Part shown: positions 27,437-36,065 of the stretch, in pieces
Layout: every line of letters begins with the position of its first letter
Numbering within the stretch: the stretch's first letter is position 1
DNA from: Bacteroidales bacterium
GTDB taxonomy: Bacteria > Bacteroidota > Bacteroidia > Bacteroidales > UBA932
Length of the DNA: 64,000 bases
Direction: 5' to 3'
Assembly: GCA_012839605.1 (NCBI GenBank)
Contig: DUNA01000006.1
Coordinates: 11-64,010, forward strand
The notes under the pieces: generated by a model
Told to the model about the DNA's origin: nothing
What the model saw: the letters and a program-made list of their open reading frames with translations, nothing else
Database searches by the model: none
Program-made: the position numbers and the translations under genes

Positions 27437-28199
27437 AGCAAACAAAATAGCCCTTATACCGGCTAGGTACCACGCCCAAAGATTTCCCGGGAAACTTTTA
27501 GAAAAACTGGGAGACAAATCTGTAATCCTCCAAACGTATTTGTCTGTCGTGAACACGCAACTGTTCAAAGAAGTAGCGGTAATAACAGACAGTCCTCTGA
27601 TATACAATGAAATAACGGCTCATAAGGGAGTAGCACTCATGAGCCAAAAAGACCACATCTGCGGTACGGACAGGATTGCAGAAGCCGTGGTGCATTACCC
27701 ATGGGCAGACATCGTAGTAAATGTACAAGGTGACGAACCTTTTACACAGGCAGCCCCTTTGCAAGCGCTGCTCCACGCTATGGAAGACCCTACGTCTGAG
27801 AGGCCTTCTGCCGCCTCGCTTATGACCCCCATCCATTCTATAAAAGAACTTCACAATCCCAACGTGGTAAAAGTTGTCACAGACAGGAAACACAATGCGC
27901 TCCTGTTCACAAGGTCTGCCTCTGCAGTAGAGAAAGCGGCAGGGGGCAGCGTGAGCGGCAACGTATTAGTTTTCAGACATATTGGTGTTTATGCATTTCG
28001 CAAAGAAGCTTTGCTTTCTTTTGCAAAACTGACTCCCGGTCCTTTGGAGGTTAGTGAAAAATTAGAAAATTTGCGCTTTCTAGAACACGGAATGCACATC
28101 AAGATGGTGGAAGTATGCAGCTATCCAAAAGGAATTGACACTCCGGAAGACCTGGAAATGGCTCGTAGGTGGCTTCTTCAAAACAACACTATGCAGTAG
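27423..28199 (+). CDS. kdsB: 3-deoxy-manno-octulosonate cytidylyltransferase (CMP-KDO synthetase)
   Basis: 258 aa with 'IALIPARYHAQRFPGK', 'GTDRIAEA' and 'VNVQGDEPF'. Confidence 0.9.
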   Translation: MMTCKANKIALIPARYHAQRFPGKLLEKLGDKSVILQTYLSVVNTQLFKEVAVITDSPLIYNEITAHKGVALMSQKDHICGTDRIAEAVVHYPWADIVVNVQGDEPFTQAAPLQALLHAMEDPTSERPSAASLMTPIHSIKELHNPNVVKVVTDRKHNALLFTRSASAVEKAAGGSVSGNVLVFRHIGVYAFRKEALLSFAKLTPGPLEVSEKLENLRFLEHGMHIKMVEVCSYPKGIDTPEDLEMARRWLLQNNTMQ

Positions 28200-30117
28200 G
28201 GCTTATGAAGACCCTTCTCACGTCTTCTACGCCTAAAATAGATTCCAGCCTGGAAATCATTTGGTTTAGTTCTTGCGCAGATCGTACTTCCAGATAAATA
28301 TCACATGTAAACAGTTCGTCTTTTGTAGTAACTGTCATGTTGTTGATATTCATCTTCCATTCTTCCGATATGACTTGAGATATTTCAAATGTAATGCCCT
28401 TCCTATCTACTCCAAACGTATGGATAATGGCCGGATAATAGGTCCTTTCATCGGCTTCTATATCAACATCCACAATTGTTTCTCCGTACTCCGTTGAAAG
28501 CTGAATGGCTAGTTCACAATTGCGTGTGTGTACATACACCTTGTCGCTGCCGTCTTGTGCTTCAAAGCCTAACAGTTCGTCTCCGGGAAGAGGAGAACAA
28601 CATTTGGCAAAAACGTATCGGGAAGGTATGATGGAAATGTTTTGTTTGCGCAACGCGCTACGAATACAAGACTTTGCCTTATAAGTGACAACAGCATCCA
28701 ACCAATCTTTATGAGGCATAATATCTTCCGACGTTCCTATTTCAACTCGATCGCCCCGTTTGAGGACGGTTTTGACAGAACAGAGCATTCCGTTTACACG
28801 TGCAAATAAGGCTTGGTTGCCAATTTCTGAATGGATTGCATAGGCAAAATCCAATGCCGATGCGTTGTTGGGGAGTAAAATCTGTTCGCCTTTTGGGGTA
28901 AATACACGAATGTCGTCTGAATACAGATTGGCTTTCACGCCTTCCAAGAAAAAACCGTCTTTTCCAAAATTGTCTCTGTACACCATGTCTTTCAGTGTTC
29001 CTCTAAACTCTTCTACCCACGCTCCCACACCTCCAATGCCTACGTTTTTATCACGTTTTACCACACATCCCCTTACAGCGGCCGTTTCCATACGAGTACT
29101 ACGTATATGCACTTCTGCCCACGTTCCGTGTTCTGTCATGAACATACAATGCAGCGCTTCGTATCCGTTGGCCTTTGGATTGTCTATGTAATTGTGAAAA
29201 CTGCCTACTTTTTCCAAATACAAATCTGTAAGCAAGGAGTAAATCTGTAAACATTGGTTTTTTTCAGAAACAGCACAAGAATTTCCCATATTGGGTTCAA
29301 ATACAATATTGAACACATAGATGCTTTCCAGGCGTCTAAAAGGAACTTGTTTCTGGTTCATATGTTTCCAAATGGAATAGACGCTGCGGATGTCTTGTGT
29401 CACTTGGGCATCAATTCCTTGTTCTTTCAAGAGTTTCTCTATAGGCGCCACAAAGCGGCTTCTGATGAGCTCTGTATCTTGCGCATAGCCTTCCAGAATG
29501 TTCCTGATTTTGTTGTATTCTTCCGGCGATCGAAAACGGAAACTCAGATTTTCCAATTCCGTCTTTACTCTATACAGTCCCAGACGGTTGGCCAAAGGAG
29601 CAAAGAAAAAATCTGTTTCTCCCGTAATTTTCATTTGTTTCCTCAAAGGCATGCTGGCAAGGGTACGCATATTGTGCAGCCTGTCAGCCAGTTTGATGAG
29701 CAACGCTCTGATGTCATACTGTATGGTCATCAACATCTTACGAATATTATCCACTTGCATGGATAACTCATACTCTTCTTTTTTCTCTTTCGTAAGACCT
29801 CCTACAAGAAAAGCGATATCATCCCCAAACAGTTCTTTTATTTCATCCAACGTGTGTGAAGTGTCTTCTACAACGTCGTGCAGAAGCGAAGCGATGATTG
29901 AATTGGTCCCCAGCCCAATTTCCTCATTTACAATACGGGCAACGGCTATGGGATGCAGAATATACGGTTCTCCATTCTTTCTTTTTTGATTTTCATGGGC
30001 TTTATATGCATATTCGTAGGCCCGTTTTATCCTTTCCAAATCCTGAGGGAGCCTGTTCTCTTCTGCGTTTTTCAGAAAAACATCACGCTCTTCTTGTACC
30101 AAGCGATTGTAATCCAT
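28189..30117 (-). CDS. RelA/SpoT-homolog (p)ppGpp synthetase/hydrolase
   Basis: 642 aa. The HD domain reads 'YILHPIAVARIV...LLHDVVEDT' and the synthetase region 'GYEALHCMF...EVHIRS'. The TGS domain reads 'IRVFTPKGEQILLPNNASALDFAYAIHSEIG', and an ACT-like C-terminus follows. Confidence 0.9.
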   Translation of the reverse strand: MDYNRLVQEERDVFLKNAEENRLPQDLERIKRAYEYAYKAHENQKRKNGEPYILHPIAVARIVNEEIGLGTNSIIASLLHDVVEDTSHTLDEIKELFGDDIAFLVGGLTKEKKEEYELSMQVDNIRKMLMTIQYDIRALLIKLADRLHNMRTLASMPLRKQMKITGETDFFFAPLANRLGLYRVKTELENLSFRFRSPEEYNKIRNILEGYAQDTELIRSRFVAPIEKLLKEQGIDAQVTQDIRSVYSIWKHMNQKQVPFRRLESIYVFNIVFEPNMGNSCAVSEKNQCLQIYSLLTDLYLEKVGSFHNYIDNPKANGYEALHCMFMTEHGTWAEVHIRSTRMETAAVRGCVVKRDKNVGIGGVGAWVEEFRGTLKDMVYRDNFGKDGFFLEGVKANLYSDDIRVFTPKGEQILLPNNASALDFAYAIHSEIGNQALFARVNGMLCSVKTVLKRGDRVEIGTSEDIMPHKDWLDAVVTYKAKSCIRSALRKQNISIIPSRYVFAKCCSPLPGDELLGFEAQDGSDKVYVHTRNCELAIQLSTEYGETIVDVDIEADERTYYPAIIHTFGVDRKGITFEISQVISEEWKMNINNMTVTTKDELFTCDIYLEVRSAQELNQMISRLESILGVEDVRRVFISPTA

Positions 30118-30141
30118 ATAACAAATGTAATCATTTTAAAG

Positions 30142-30149
30142 TATATTTG
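30142..30149 (+). promoter_or_regulatory. Bacteroidetes -7 promoter element (TAnnTTTG) upstream of the SOD gene
   Basis: 'TATATTTG' sits 25 nt upstream of the ATG at 30174. Confidence 0.5.
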
Positions 30150-30173
30150 CCTACAAATAAAAAACAATCTATT

Positions 30174-30764
30174 ATGACACATCAATTACCTTCATTGCCT
30201 TTTATGGCAACAGACCTGGCACCCGTCTTAAGTGAATCCTCCTTAGGTTTTCACCACGGCAAACACCACCAGGCTTACGTTAACAATTTGAACAACTTGA
30301 TACCGGGTACTGAGTTTGAAAATATGTCTTTAACAGACATTGTGAAAAAAGCACCTGCCGGTCCCATTTTTAACAACGCCGCTCAAGTGTTTAACCACAC
30401 CTTCTATTTTTACCAATTCAAACCTTCCGGACAAGCAAAAAAGCGTCCCGAAGGAGCGTTGTTGCAAGCCATAGAAAAACAGTTTGAAAGTTTTGAAAAA
30501 TTCGTGGAAGAATTTTCATCGGCAGCCGCCACTGTTTTCGGTTCCGGATGGGCTTGGCTGGTTGTGGAAAAAGATGGTTCTTTAGCCATAACAAAAGAAT
30601 CCAATGCAGGCTGTCCCCTAACACAAGACCAAAAGCCTTTGCTCACGTGTGACGTATGGGAACATGCTTACTATCTTGACTACCAAAACAGGCGTCCCGA
30701 CTACATAAAAGCCTTCTGGGACATTGTAGATTGGGCTGTTGTAGAAGAGCGTTTTGCAGAATAA
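30174..30764 (+). CDS. sodB: Fe/Mn superoxide dismutase
   Basis: 196 aa from the internal ATG, with 'HHGKHHQAYVNNLN' and 'DVWEHAYYLDYQNRRPDY'. The upstream extension of the ORF overlaps the relA/spoT gene. Confidence 0.92.
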   Translation: MTHQLPSLPFMATDLAPVLSESSLGFHHGKHHQAYVNNLNNLIPGTEFENMSLTDIVKKAPAGPIFNNAAQVFNHTFYFYQFKPSGQAKKRPEGALLQAIEKQFESFEKFVEEFSSAAATVFGSGWAWLVVEKDGSLAITKESNAGCPLTQDQKPLLTCDVWEHAYYLDYQNRRPDYIKAFWDIVDWAVVEERFAE

Positions 30765-30781
30765 CGCATACCTGCAAAAAT

Positions 30782-30815
30782 AAAGAAGGCTCCTGTTCGG
30801 GAGCCTTCTTTGTTT
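30782..30815. terminator. Bidirectional hairpin terminator between the convergent SOD and peroxiredoxin genes
   Basis: A perfect 12-bp stem 'AAAGAAGGCTCC'/'GGAGCCTTCTTT' closes a 6-nt loop, with T-rich sequence on both sides. Confidence 0.65.
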
Positions 30816-30832
30816 AACAACCTGTCAAAAGG

Positions 30833-31546
30833 TTATTTTTTGATTTTTTTCCATACCTCTTCTTCCGGCAGCGGTCTGGTACAGAAGTACCAATCGTGGC
30901 ACGTCATATCTTCTCCGCCTGTCATTCTTTCCTCGGCAAGACCACAGGAACCGGCCGGAGGAACGATTACGTCATCACCGGGATGCCAGTCTGCGGGCAT
31001 AGCTGCACCATAAGCATCGGCTGCTTGCAAAGCAACAACTACACGATACAGTTCGTTAAAGTTACGACCCAAGCTGAGCGGATAATAAATGATGGTTCTG
31101 ATAATTCCTTTGGGATCAATAAAGAAAACAGCCCTTACAGCCTGTGTTTCACTTTCTCCCGGTTGTACCATTCCGTATTTGTTGGCTACATTCATAGAGA
31201 TGTCCTCAATCAAAGGGAATTTTACTTCTACGTTTTTCATTCCCTTGAATTCTATCTTCTCTTTAATAGACCTCAACCAAGCAATGTGACTGAACAATCC
31301 GTCAATAGACAAGCCCACCAATTTGCAATTGACTTCAGCAAACTTTTCTTCCATTACGGCAAAAGTCATAAATTCCGAAGTACAAACGGGTGTAAAGTCT
31401 GCCGGATGGCTAAACAAAATTACCCAGTTCCCCTCGTAATCTTGGGGAAAGTTCATAGGACCTTGTGTGGTCACAGCTTTAAATTCCGGTGCCGGATCTC
31501 CAATACGCGGCATAGATACATTTTTTTCCATTTCTTTCATTTCCAT
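30833..31546 (-). CDS. Peroxiredoxin (Prx6/1-Cys-like AhpC/TSA family)
   Basis: Contains 'IGDPAPEF' and the peroxidatic Cys context 'FSHPADFTPVCTSE'. The start was chosen at 'MEMKEMEKNVSMPRIG'; the ORF's 49-aa upstream extension was rejected. Confidence 0.85.
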   Translation of the reverse strand: MEMKEMEKNVSMPRIGDPAPEFKAVTTQGPMNFPQDYEGNWVILFSHPADFTPVCTSEFMTFAVMEEKFAEVNCKLVGLSIDGLFSHIAWLRSIKEKIEFKGMKNVEVKFPLIEDISMNVANKYGMVQPGESETQAVRAVFFIDPKGIIRTIIYYPLSLGRNFNELYRVVVALQAADAYGAAMPADWHPGDDVIVPPAGSCGLAEERMTGGEDMTCHDWYFCTRPLPEEEVWKKIKK

Positions 31547-31575
31547 GACAATAAATTTATACGATATATAAAATA

Positions 31576-31589
31576 TTTGTGTACACAAA
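31576..31589. promoter_or_regulatory. Perfect 14-bp palindrome (candidate operator) in the peroxiredoxin / DUF134-operon divergent region
   Basis: 'TTTGTGTACACAAA' overlaps a minus-strand TAnnTTTG element ('TATCTTTG', 31586-31593) placed for the peroxiredoxin gene. Confidence 0.45.
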
Positions 31590-31624
31590 GATACATGAAT
31601 TTTTGTTATTAAACAAAAGTTCAT

Positions 31625-31632
31625 TATATTTG
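31625..31632 (+). promoter_or_regulatory. Bacteroidetes -7 promoter element upstream of the DUF134 operon
   Basis: 'TATATTTG' sits 22 nt upstream of the ATG at 31654. Confidence 0.5.
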
Positions 31633-31653
31633 TTTTAAACATATACTCATAAT

Positions 31654-32073
31654 ATGGCACGTCCAAAGAAATTAAGAAAACTGAAAAACCCACCCATTGT
31701 AAAGGGCTTCAGCCCCATTGGTAAGGCAACCGGAAAAGGACAAGAACCTATTTTGATCAACTACGACGAATACGAAGCCTTGCGTCTTGCCGACTACAAC
31801 ATGAGCAACCATTTACAAGCATCTGTGAAAATGCAAATCTCGCGAGCCACCTTTACTCGTATTTATGCCCATGCCAGACGCAAATTAGCTACAGCTCTTG
31901 TAGAAGGAAGACCGATTCTCTTTCAAGGAGGTCCCGTGTACTTTGACAGCCAATGGCACTATTGCAGGCAATGCCCCTGTTATTTTAATCATCTTGAGAA
32001 AGACGAAAAAACAATCGCTTGTCCGCTTTGCCTTTCTACCGATATCACATCTTGTAAAGAAAAAATTTTTTAA
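31654..32073 (+). CDS. DUF134 (UPF0251, COG1342) putative DNA-binding protein with C-terminal Cys cluster
   Basis: 139 aa. The N-terminus 'MARPKKLRKLKNPPIVKGFSP' and 'EYEALRLADY...ISRATFTRIY' are typical of DUF134. The tail reads 'CRQCPC...CPLC...C'. Confidence 0.8.
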   Translation: MARPKKLRKLKNPPIVKGFSPIGKATGKGQEPILINYDEYEALRLADYNMSNHLQASVKMQISRATFTRIYAHARRKLATALVEGRPILFQGGPVYFDSQWHYCRQCPCYFNHLEKDEKTIACPLCLSTDITSCKEKIF

Positions 32074-32083
32074 AAACAATATT

Positions 32084-32410
32084 ATGAAAATTGCTATTAC
32101 TTCTTCAGGAAACAGCCCCGACTCTGTTATGGACAGTCGTTTTGGGCGTTGTATGTATTTTGTTTTTTACGACACAAAAACGGGTGCTATGGAATTTGTT
32201 CCCAACCCCAATAAAGACGCCATTGAGGGTGCGGGCCCCGCTTCTGTACAGCTTGTCGCCTCTAAAGGAGTGGACAAAGTAATTTCCGGAGAATTTGGAA
32301 ACAAAGTGAAGGCTCTTTTTGACAGCCTGAAGGTACAGTTGATTATTCCGGAAAATCCCAGTTTGACCATCAATCAAATTGTGGACAAGTTTGTTAAACA
32401 ACAAAAATAA
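32084..32410 (+). CDS. NifX/NifB-C-terminal-like Fe-Mo-cluster-binding domain protein (COG1433)
   Basis: 108 aa from 'MKIAITSS', with 'SRFGRCMYFVFYD' and 'GAGPASVQLVASKGVDKVISGEFG'. Confidence 0.75.
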   Translation: MKIAITSSGNSPDSVMDSRFGRCMYFVFYDTKTGAMEFVPNPNKDAIEGAGPASVQLVASKGVDKVISGEFGNKVKALFDSLKVQLIIPENPSLTINQIVDKFVKQQK

Positions 32411-32419
32411 GGTACAGTT

Positions 32420-32755
32420 ATGAGAAAATTTGCCATTCCTCTGGAAAGCGGACGTTTGTGCTCCCATTTTGGACATTGCAAACAATTCGCGCTCATTGAT
32501 GTAAAAGAAAACACCATCACGTCACAAGAATTCCTCACCCCTCCTCCGCATGAACCGGGTCTGCTGCCCGCTTGGCTGGCAGAAAAAGGAGTAACACACA
32601 TTATTGCGGCAGGAATTGGACAAAGAGCCATCAATTTATTTACCCAACATAACATTGAAGTATGTGTGGGTGCTGAAAGCGATCTGCCGGAAAATATCGT
32701 TCGCAATTACTTGGACAAGACACTGGAAACGAACGACAATCTTTGTGACCACTAA
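32420..32755 (+). CDS. NifX/NifB-C-terminal-like Fe-Mo-cluster-binding domain protein (second copy)
   Basis: 111 aa with 'SHFGHCKQFALIDV' and 'GVTHIIAAGIGQRAINLF'. Confidence 0.75.
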   Translation: MRKFAIPLESGRLCSHFGHCKQFALIDVKENTITSQEFLTPPPHEPGLLPAWLAEKGVTHIIAAGIGQRAINLFTQHNIEVCVGAESDLPENIVRNYLDKTLETNDNLCDH

Positions 32756-32767
32756 TATTTGACGACT

Positions 32768-33625
32768 ATGAAAATTGCAATTGCCAGTGGCAAAGGCGGT
32801 ACAGGAAAAACATTTGTAGCCACCAACTTGTTTTACGTGGCCGCAAAAGAAGGAAGACAAGTTACTCTTACAGATTGCGACGCAGAAGAACCTAACGTAT
32901 CGGTTTTTATTCAAGGAAAAACAATCGAAGAGAAATTGGTGTCGCAAAACTTGGCCGTCATTGATCCGCAGCTGTGTATTTACTGCGGAAAATGTAGGGA
33001 CTGGTGTGAATACAATGCCATTGTTTGTTTGGAAGAACAACGCAAGATCTATTTATTGGACGACCTGTGTCACGATTGCGGAGCTTGTCTGGTAGCCTGT
33101 CCTGTAGGAGCCATCACAGAAAAAGAACGTCGTTTGGGTGTCATTACCACAGCCATAACTAAGAAAAACAATGTACTTATAGAAGCCCGAGCAGATGTAG
33201 GCGTATACTCCTCTGTTCCCGTCATCAAAGCAGCTTTGGCCAAATCCGGTCATCCACCCTTGCTTTTATTAGATGCACCACCGGGTATATCTTGTCCGTT
33301 TATAGCCACAGTGGCTCCGGCAGATTTCGTTATCCTGGTAACAGAACCCACTCCTTTTGGATTGAATGATTTGTCTCTTTCTGTCCAGACATTGGAGCAA
33401 TTGAACAAACCTTTTGGTGTTGTAGTAAATCGCGACGGACTGGGAGATGAAAAGGTATACCATTGGTTGGAAGAAAAAGGCATACCGTTACTTATGAAGA
33501 TTCCTTTTGATAAGAAAATTGCAGAAATATACGCCAGAGGCCATTTGCCGGCTGCAGAAGATGAAACATACAAAAAACACTTTGTAGAAATCCTCCAAAA
33601 AGTAGAAGAGCTATGCGAAAAATAA
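32768..33625 (+). CDS. MinD/ParA-superfamily P-loop ATPase with inserted 4Fe-4S ferredoxin domain (COG1149)
   Basis: Carries a deviant Walker A 'IASGKGGTGKT'. Two Cys clusters are present, 'CIYCGKCRDWC' and 'CHDCGACLVACP'. A TTG at 32759 is an alternative start. Confidence 0.85.
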   Translation: MKIAIASGKGGTGKTFVATNLFYVAAKEGRQVTLTDCDAEEPNVSVFIQGKTIEEKLVSQNLAVIDPQLCIYCGKCRDWCEYNAIVCLEEQRKIYLLDDLCHDCGACLVACPVGAITEKERRLGVITTAITKKNNVLIEARADVGVYSSVPVIKAALAKSGHPPLLLLDAPPGISCPFIATVAPADFVILVTEPTPFGLNDLSLSVQTLEQLNKPFGVVVNRDGLGDEKVYHWLEEKGIPLLMKIPFDKKIAEIYARGHLPAAEDETYKKHFVEILQKVEELCEK

Positions 33626-34497
33626 AACAAATATCTGTATTGAGTGGTAAAGGCGGTACCGGAAAAACTTCATTGGTAGCTGCGTTTGCCACCTTAGCCC
33701 AAGATCCTGTAATAGCCGACTGCGATGTAGATGCAGCCAATTTGTATTTGGTACTCCATCCGGAGAATTACAAAGAAGATGCATTTGTGTCCGGACATTC
33801 TGCCGTTATAGACTACGATTTGTGTACGCATTGCGGCCTTTGTATGACATACTGCAGGTTCGATGCTATAGACAGGAAACAGGAAGAAGGTTTTCCAAAA
33901 GGAAAAATCACCATTGATGAAATCAATTGCGACGGGTGCCGATTGTGCTCGCGTATATGCCCGGAAGAAGCCATTATCATGGTTCCGGAAGACAGGAGCC
34001 GTTGGTTTATTGGGAATTACAGAAACGGCAACATGGTCCATGCCCGTCTGGCTCCGGGGGAAGAAAATTCAGGGAAGTTGGTAAGCAAAGTCAGAGAGTT
34101 GGCCAAAGAAACAGCAGAAGAAGCCGGTACGGATTTGATCATCATTGACGGACCACCGGGAACGGGGTGTTCAGCCATAGCATCTCTTACAGGTACAGAT
34201 AAAGTATTGATAGTAACCGAACCTACAGAGAGCGGCCTGCATGATTTAAAGCGCATTGCTGAATTGGCCGGAAAGTTTAAAGTAGAGCGGTATGTAGTCA
34301 TCAACAAATACGATTTGAATCAGAAGATGACAGAAGCCATTAAAGAATGGTGCAAACAGGAAAACATCCCCATTCCGGCTCTCATACCTTTTGATCCGGA
34401 AATAGTCCATGCCATGGTACAATGCAAAAGCATCACAGAGTGGGCTCCGGAATCTTCTGTATCAAAAATCATTAAAGAGTTGTACGAATATCTTTAA
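33613..34497 (+). CDS. MinD/ParA-superfamily P-loop ATPase with inserted 4Fe-4S ferredoxin domain (second copy)
   Basis: 294 aa with 'LSGKGGTGKTS', 'CTHCGLCMTYC' and 'CDGCRLCSRICP'. It overlaps the upstream gene by 13 nt. Confidence 0.85.
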   Translation: MRKIKQISVLSGKGGTGKTSLVAAFATLAQDPVIADCDVDAANLYLVLHPENYKEDAFVSGHSAVIDYDLCTHCGLCMTYCRFDAIDRKQEEGFPKGKITIDEINCDGCRLCSRICPEEAIIMVPEDRSRWFIGNYRNGNMVHARLAPGEENSGKLVSKVRELAKETAEEAGTDLIIIDGPPGTGCSAIASLTGTDKVLIVTEPTESGLHDLKRIAELAGKFKVERYVVINKYDLNQKMTEAIKEWCKQENIPIPALIPFDPEIVHAMVQCKSITEWAPESSVSKIIKELYEYL

Positions 34498-34510
34498 AAA
34501 GAAGACGACT

Positions 34511-34547
34511 AAAAAAAAGAGGACGACACCATATCGTCCTCTTTTTT
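34511..34547. terminator. Bidirectional intrinsic terminator between the MinD-like gene and the tRNA
   Basis: 'AAAAAAAA-GAGGACGA-caccata-TCGTCCTC-TTTTTT', an 8-bp stem flanked by A8 and T6. Confidence 0.75.
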
Positions 34548-34551
34548 GTTG

Positions 34552-34624
<73 letters not shown>

Positions 34625-34651
34625 ATCAAGAATTACAAATATACAAAATTT

Positions 34652-36037
34652 TTATACAACTCCACCATGCATCCTGATAAATCTTTTTCCATCCATCGTT
34701 TTTTGCTCTCCGTTCATCAAATTTTTAGTGGTAACCTGCCCCTCTTCCATTTCTTTTGCTCCTATGATGACCACATGATTCGTTCCCCTTCTGGATGCAT
34801 AATCAAACTGTTTTTTCAACTTGGCCGCTTGCGGATACAATTCACAAGAAATGCCTACTTTTCTTAAACGTTTTATATAATCAAGCGCAGCTGCAGCTTC
34901 TTTGTCTCCCATATTGAAAAAAATCATTTTTGGAGCATCCAAAATGTTTTCAGGAAATTTGTCCAAACAGAGCAACACGTCGTAAATTCTTTCTGCTCCA
35001 AACGAAATACCCACTCCCGACATGTTTTTCAATCCAAACACGCCTGTCAAATCGTCGTACCTGCCTCCGCCACATATACTGCCTATGGTGTAGTCCAATG
35101 CTTTCACCTCAAAAATGGCTCCTGTATAATAATCCAATCCACGAGCCAATCTCAAATCCAATTCTACTTCCTGCTCTGTACCCGTTTTTTCAATTTTGTT
35201 GAACAGCCACGTAAGTTCTTCCGTTCCTTTTAAGCCAATATCAGATTTTGCATCTTCAAAAAGCTTCCTCAAGAAGGCTATTTTTGATGTGTTTATTCCC
35301 TTGAAGAGCAACAACGGTTCCAACTTGGACAATCCTTCCGATGTAATGCCTTTTTCCAGCAATTCCTTACGGACACCTTCCAACCCTGTTTTATCAAATT
35401 TATCCATGGCAACCGTTATGTCCACCAGTCTTTCCGGATATCCCATAACTTGTGCTATTCCGGCCAACACCTTTCTGTTGTTAATACGTATGAGCACCCT
35501 CAAATCCAATTTGTTGAAAACGGCATCCATCAACTGAACCATTTCCAGCTCATTGAACAAAGAGTCAGACCCGATAACGTCTGCATCGCATTGGTAAAAC
35601 TCCCGGTAACGTCCTCTTTGCGGTCTGTCTGCCCGCCAAACAGGCTGAATCTGGTACCGTTTAAAAGGGAAGATCAATTCGTTTTGGTGCTGTACAACAA
35701 AACGGGCAAAAGGAACGGTAAGGTCGTAACGTAAGCCTTTTTCACATACTTGTAAAGAAAGCGCATTCGAATCTATCAAAGCCGGATTGTCAGGAATTTT
35801 CCCTGCCAAAGGAGCCAAGCTTTCTCCGGAGTTCAAAATCTTAAACAGCAAACGGTCTCCTTCCTCACCGTATTTTCCCAACAAAGTGGATAAGTTTTCC
35901 ATTGCCGGCGTTTCAATGGGAGCGTACCCGAATATTTTGAAAACGTTCCGGATGGTATCAAATATGTAATTCCTACGGGAAGCTTCTATGGGTGTGAAAT
36001 CCCGCGTTCCTTTAGGAATAGAAGGTTTTTGTGCCAT
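34652..36037 (-). CDS. hisS: Histidine--tRNA ligase
   Basis: 461 aa with 'PKGTRDF', 'FKRYQIQPVWRADRPQRGRYREFYQCD' and 'GGGRYD'. Confidence 0.93.
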   Translation of the reverse strand: MAQKPSIPKGTRDFTPIEASRRNYIFDTIRNVFKIFGYAPIETPAMENLSTLLGKYGEEGDRLLFKILNSGESLAPLAGKIPDNPALIDSNALSLQVCEKGLRYDLTVPFARFVVQHQNELIFPFKRYQIQPVWRADRPQRGRYREFYQCDADVIGSDSLFNELEMVQLMDAVFNKLDLRVLIRINNRKVLAGIAQVMGYPERLVDITVAMDKFDKTGLEGVRKELLEKGITSEGLSKLEPLLLFKGINTSKIAFLRKLFEDAKSDIGLKGTEELTWLFNKIEKTGTEQEVELDLRLARGLDYYTGAIFEVKALDYTIGSICGGGRYDDLTGVFGLKNMSGVGISFGAERIYDVLLCLDKFPENILDAPKMIFFNMGDKEAAAALDYIKRLRKVGISCELYPQAAKLKKQFDYASRRGTNHVVIIGAKEMEEGQVTTKNLMNGEQKTMDGKRFIRMHGGVV

Positions 36038-36065
36038 GGTCTTAGGATTTATTCTTACAAATTTA

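Noticed and set aside
30896-31612. 238-aa ORF antisense to the peroxiredoxin gene
   Set aside because: The peroxiredoxin frame has the canonical 'FTPVCTSE' active site. The antisense product has no recognisable features and would span the divergent promoter region.
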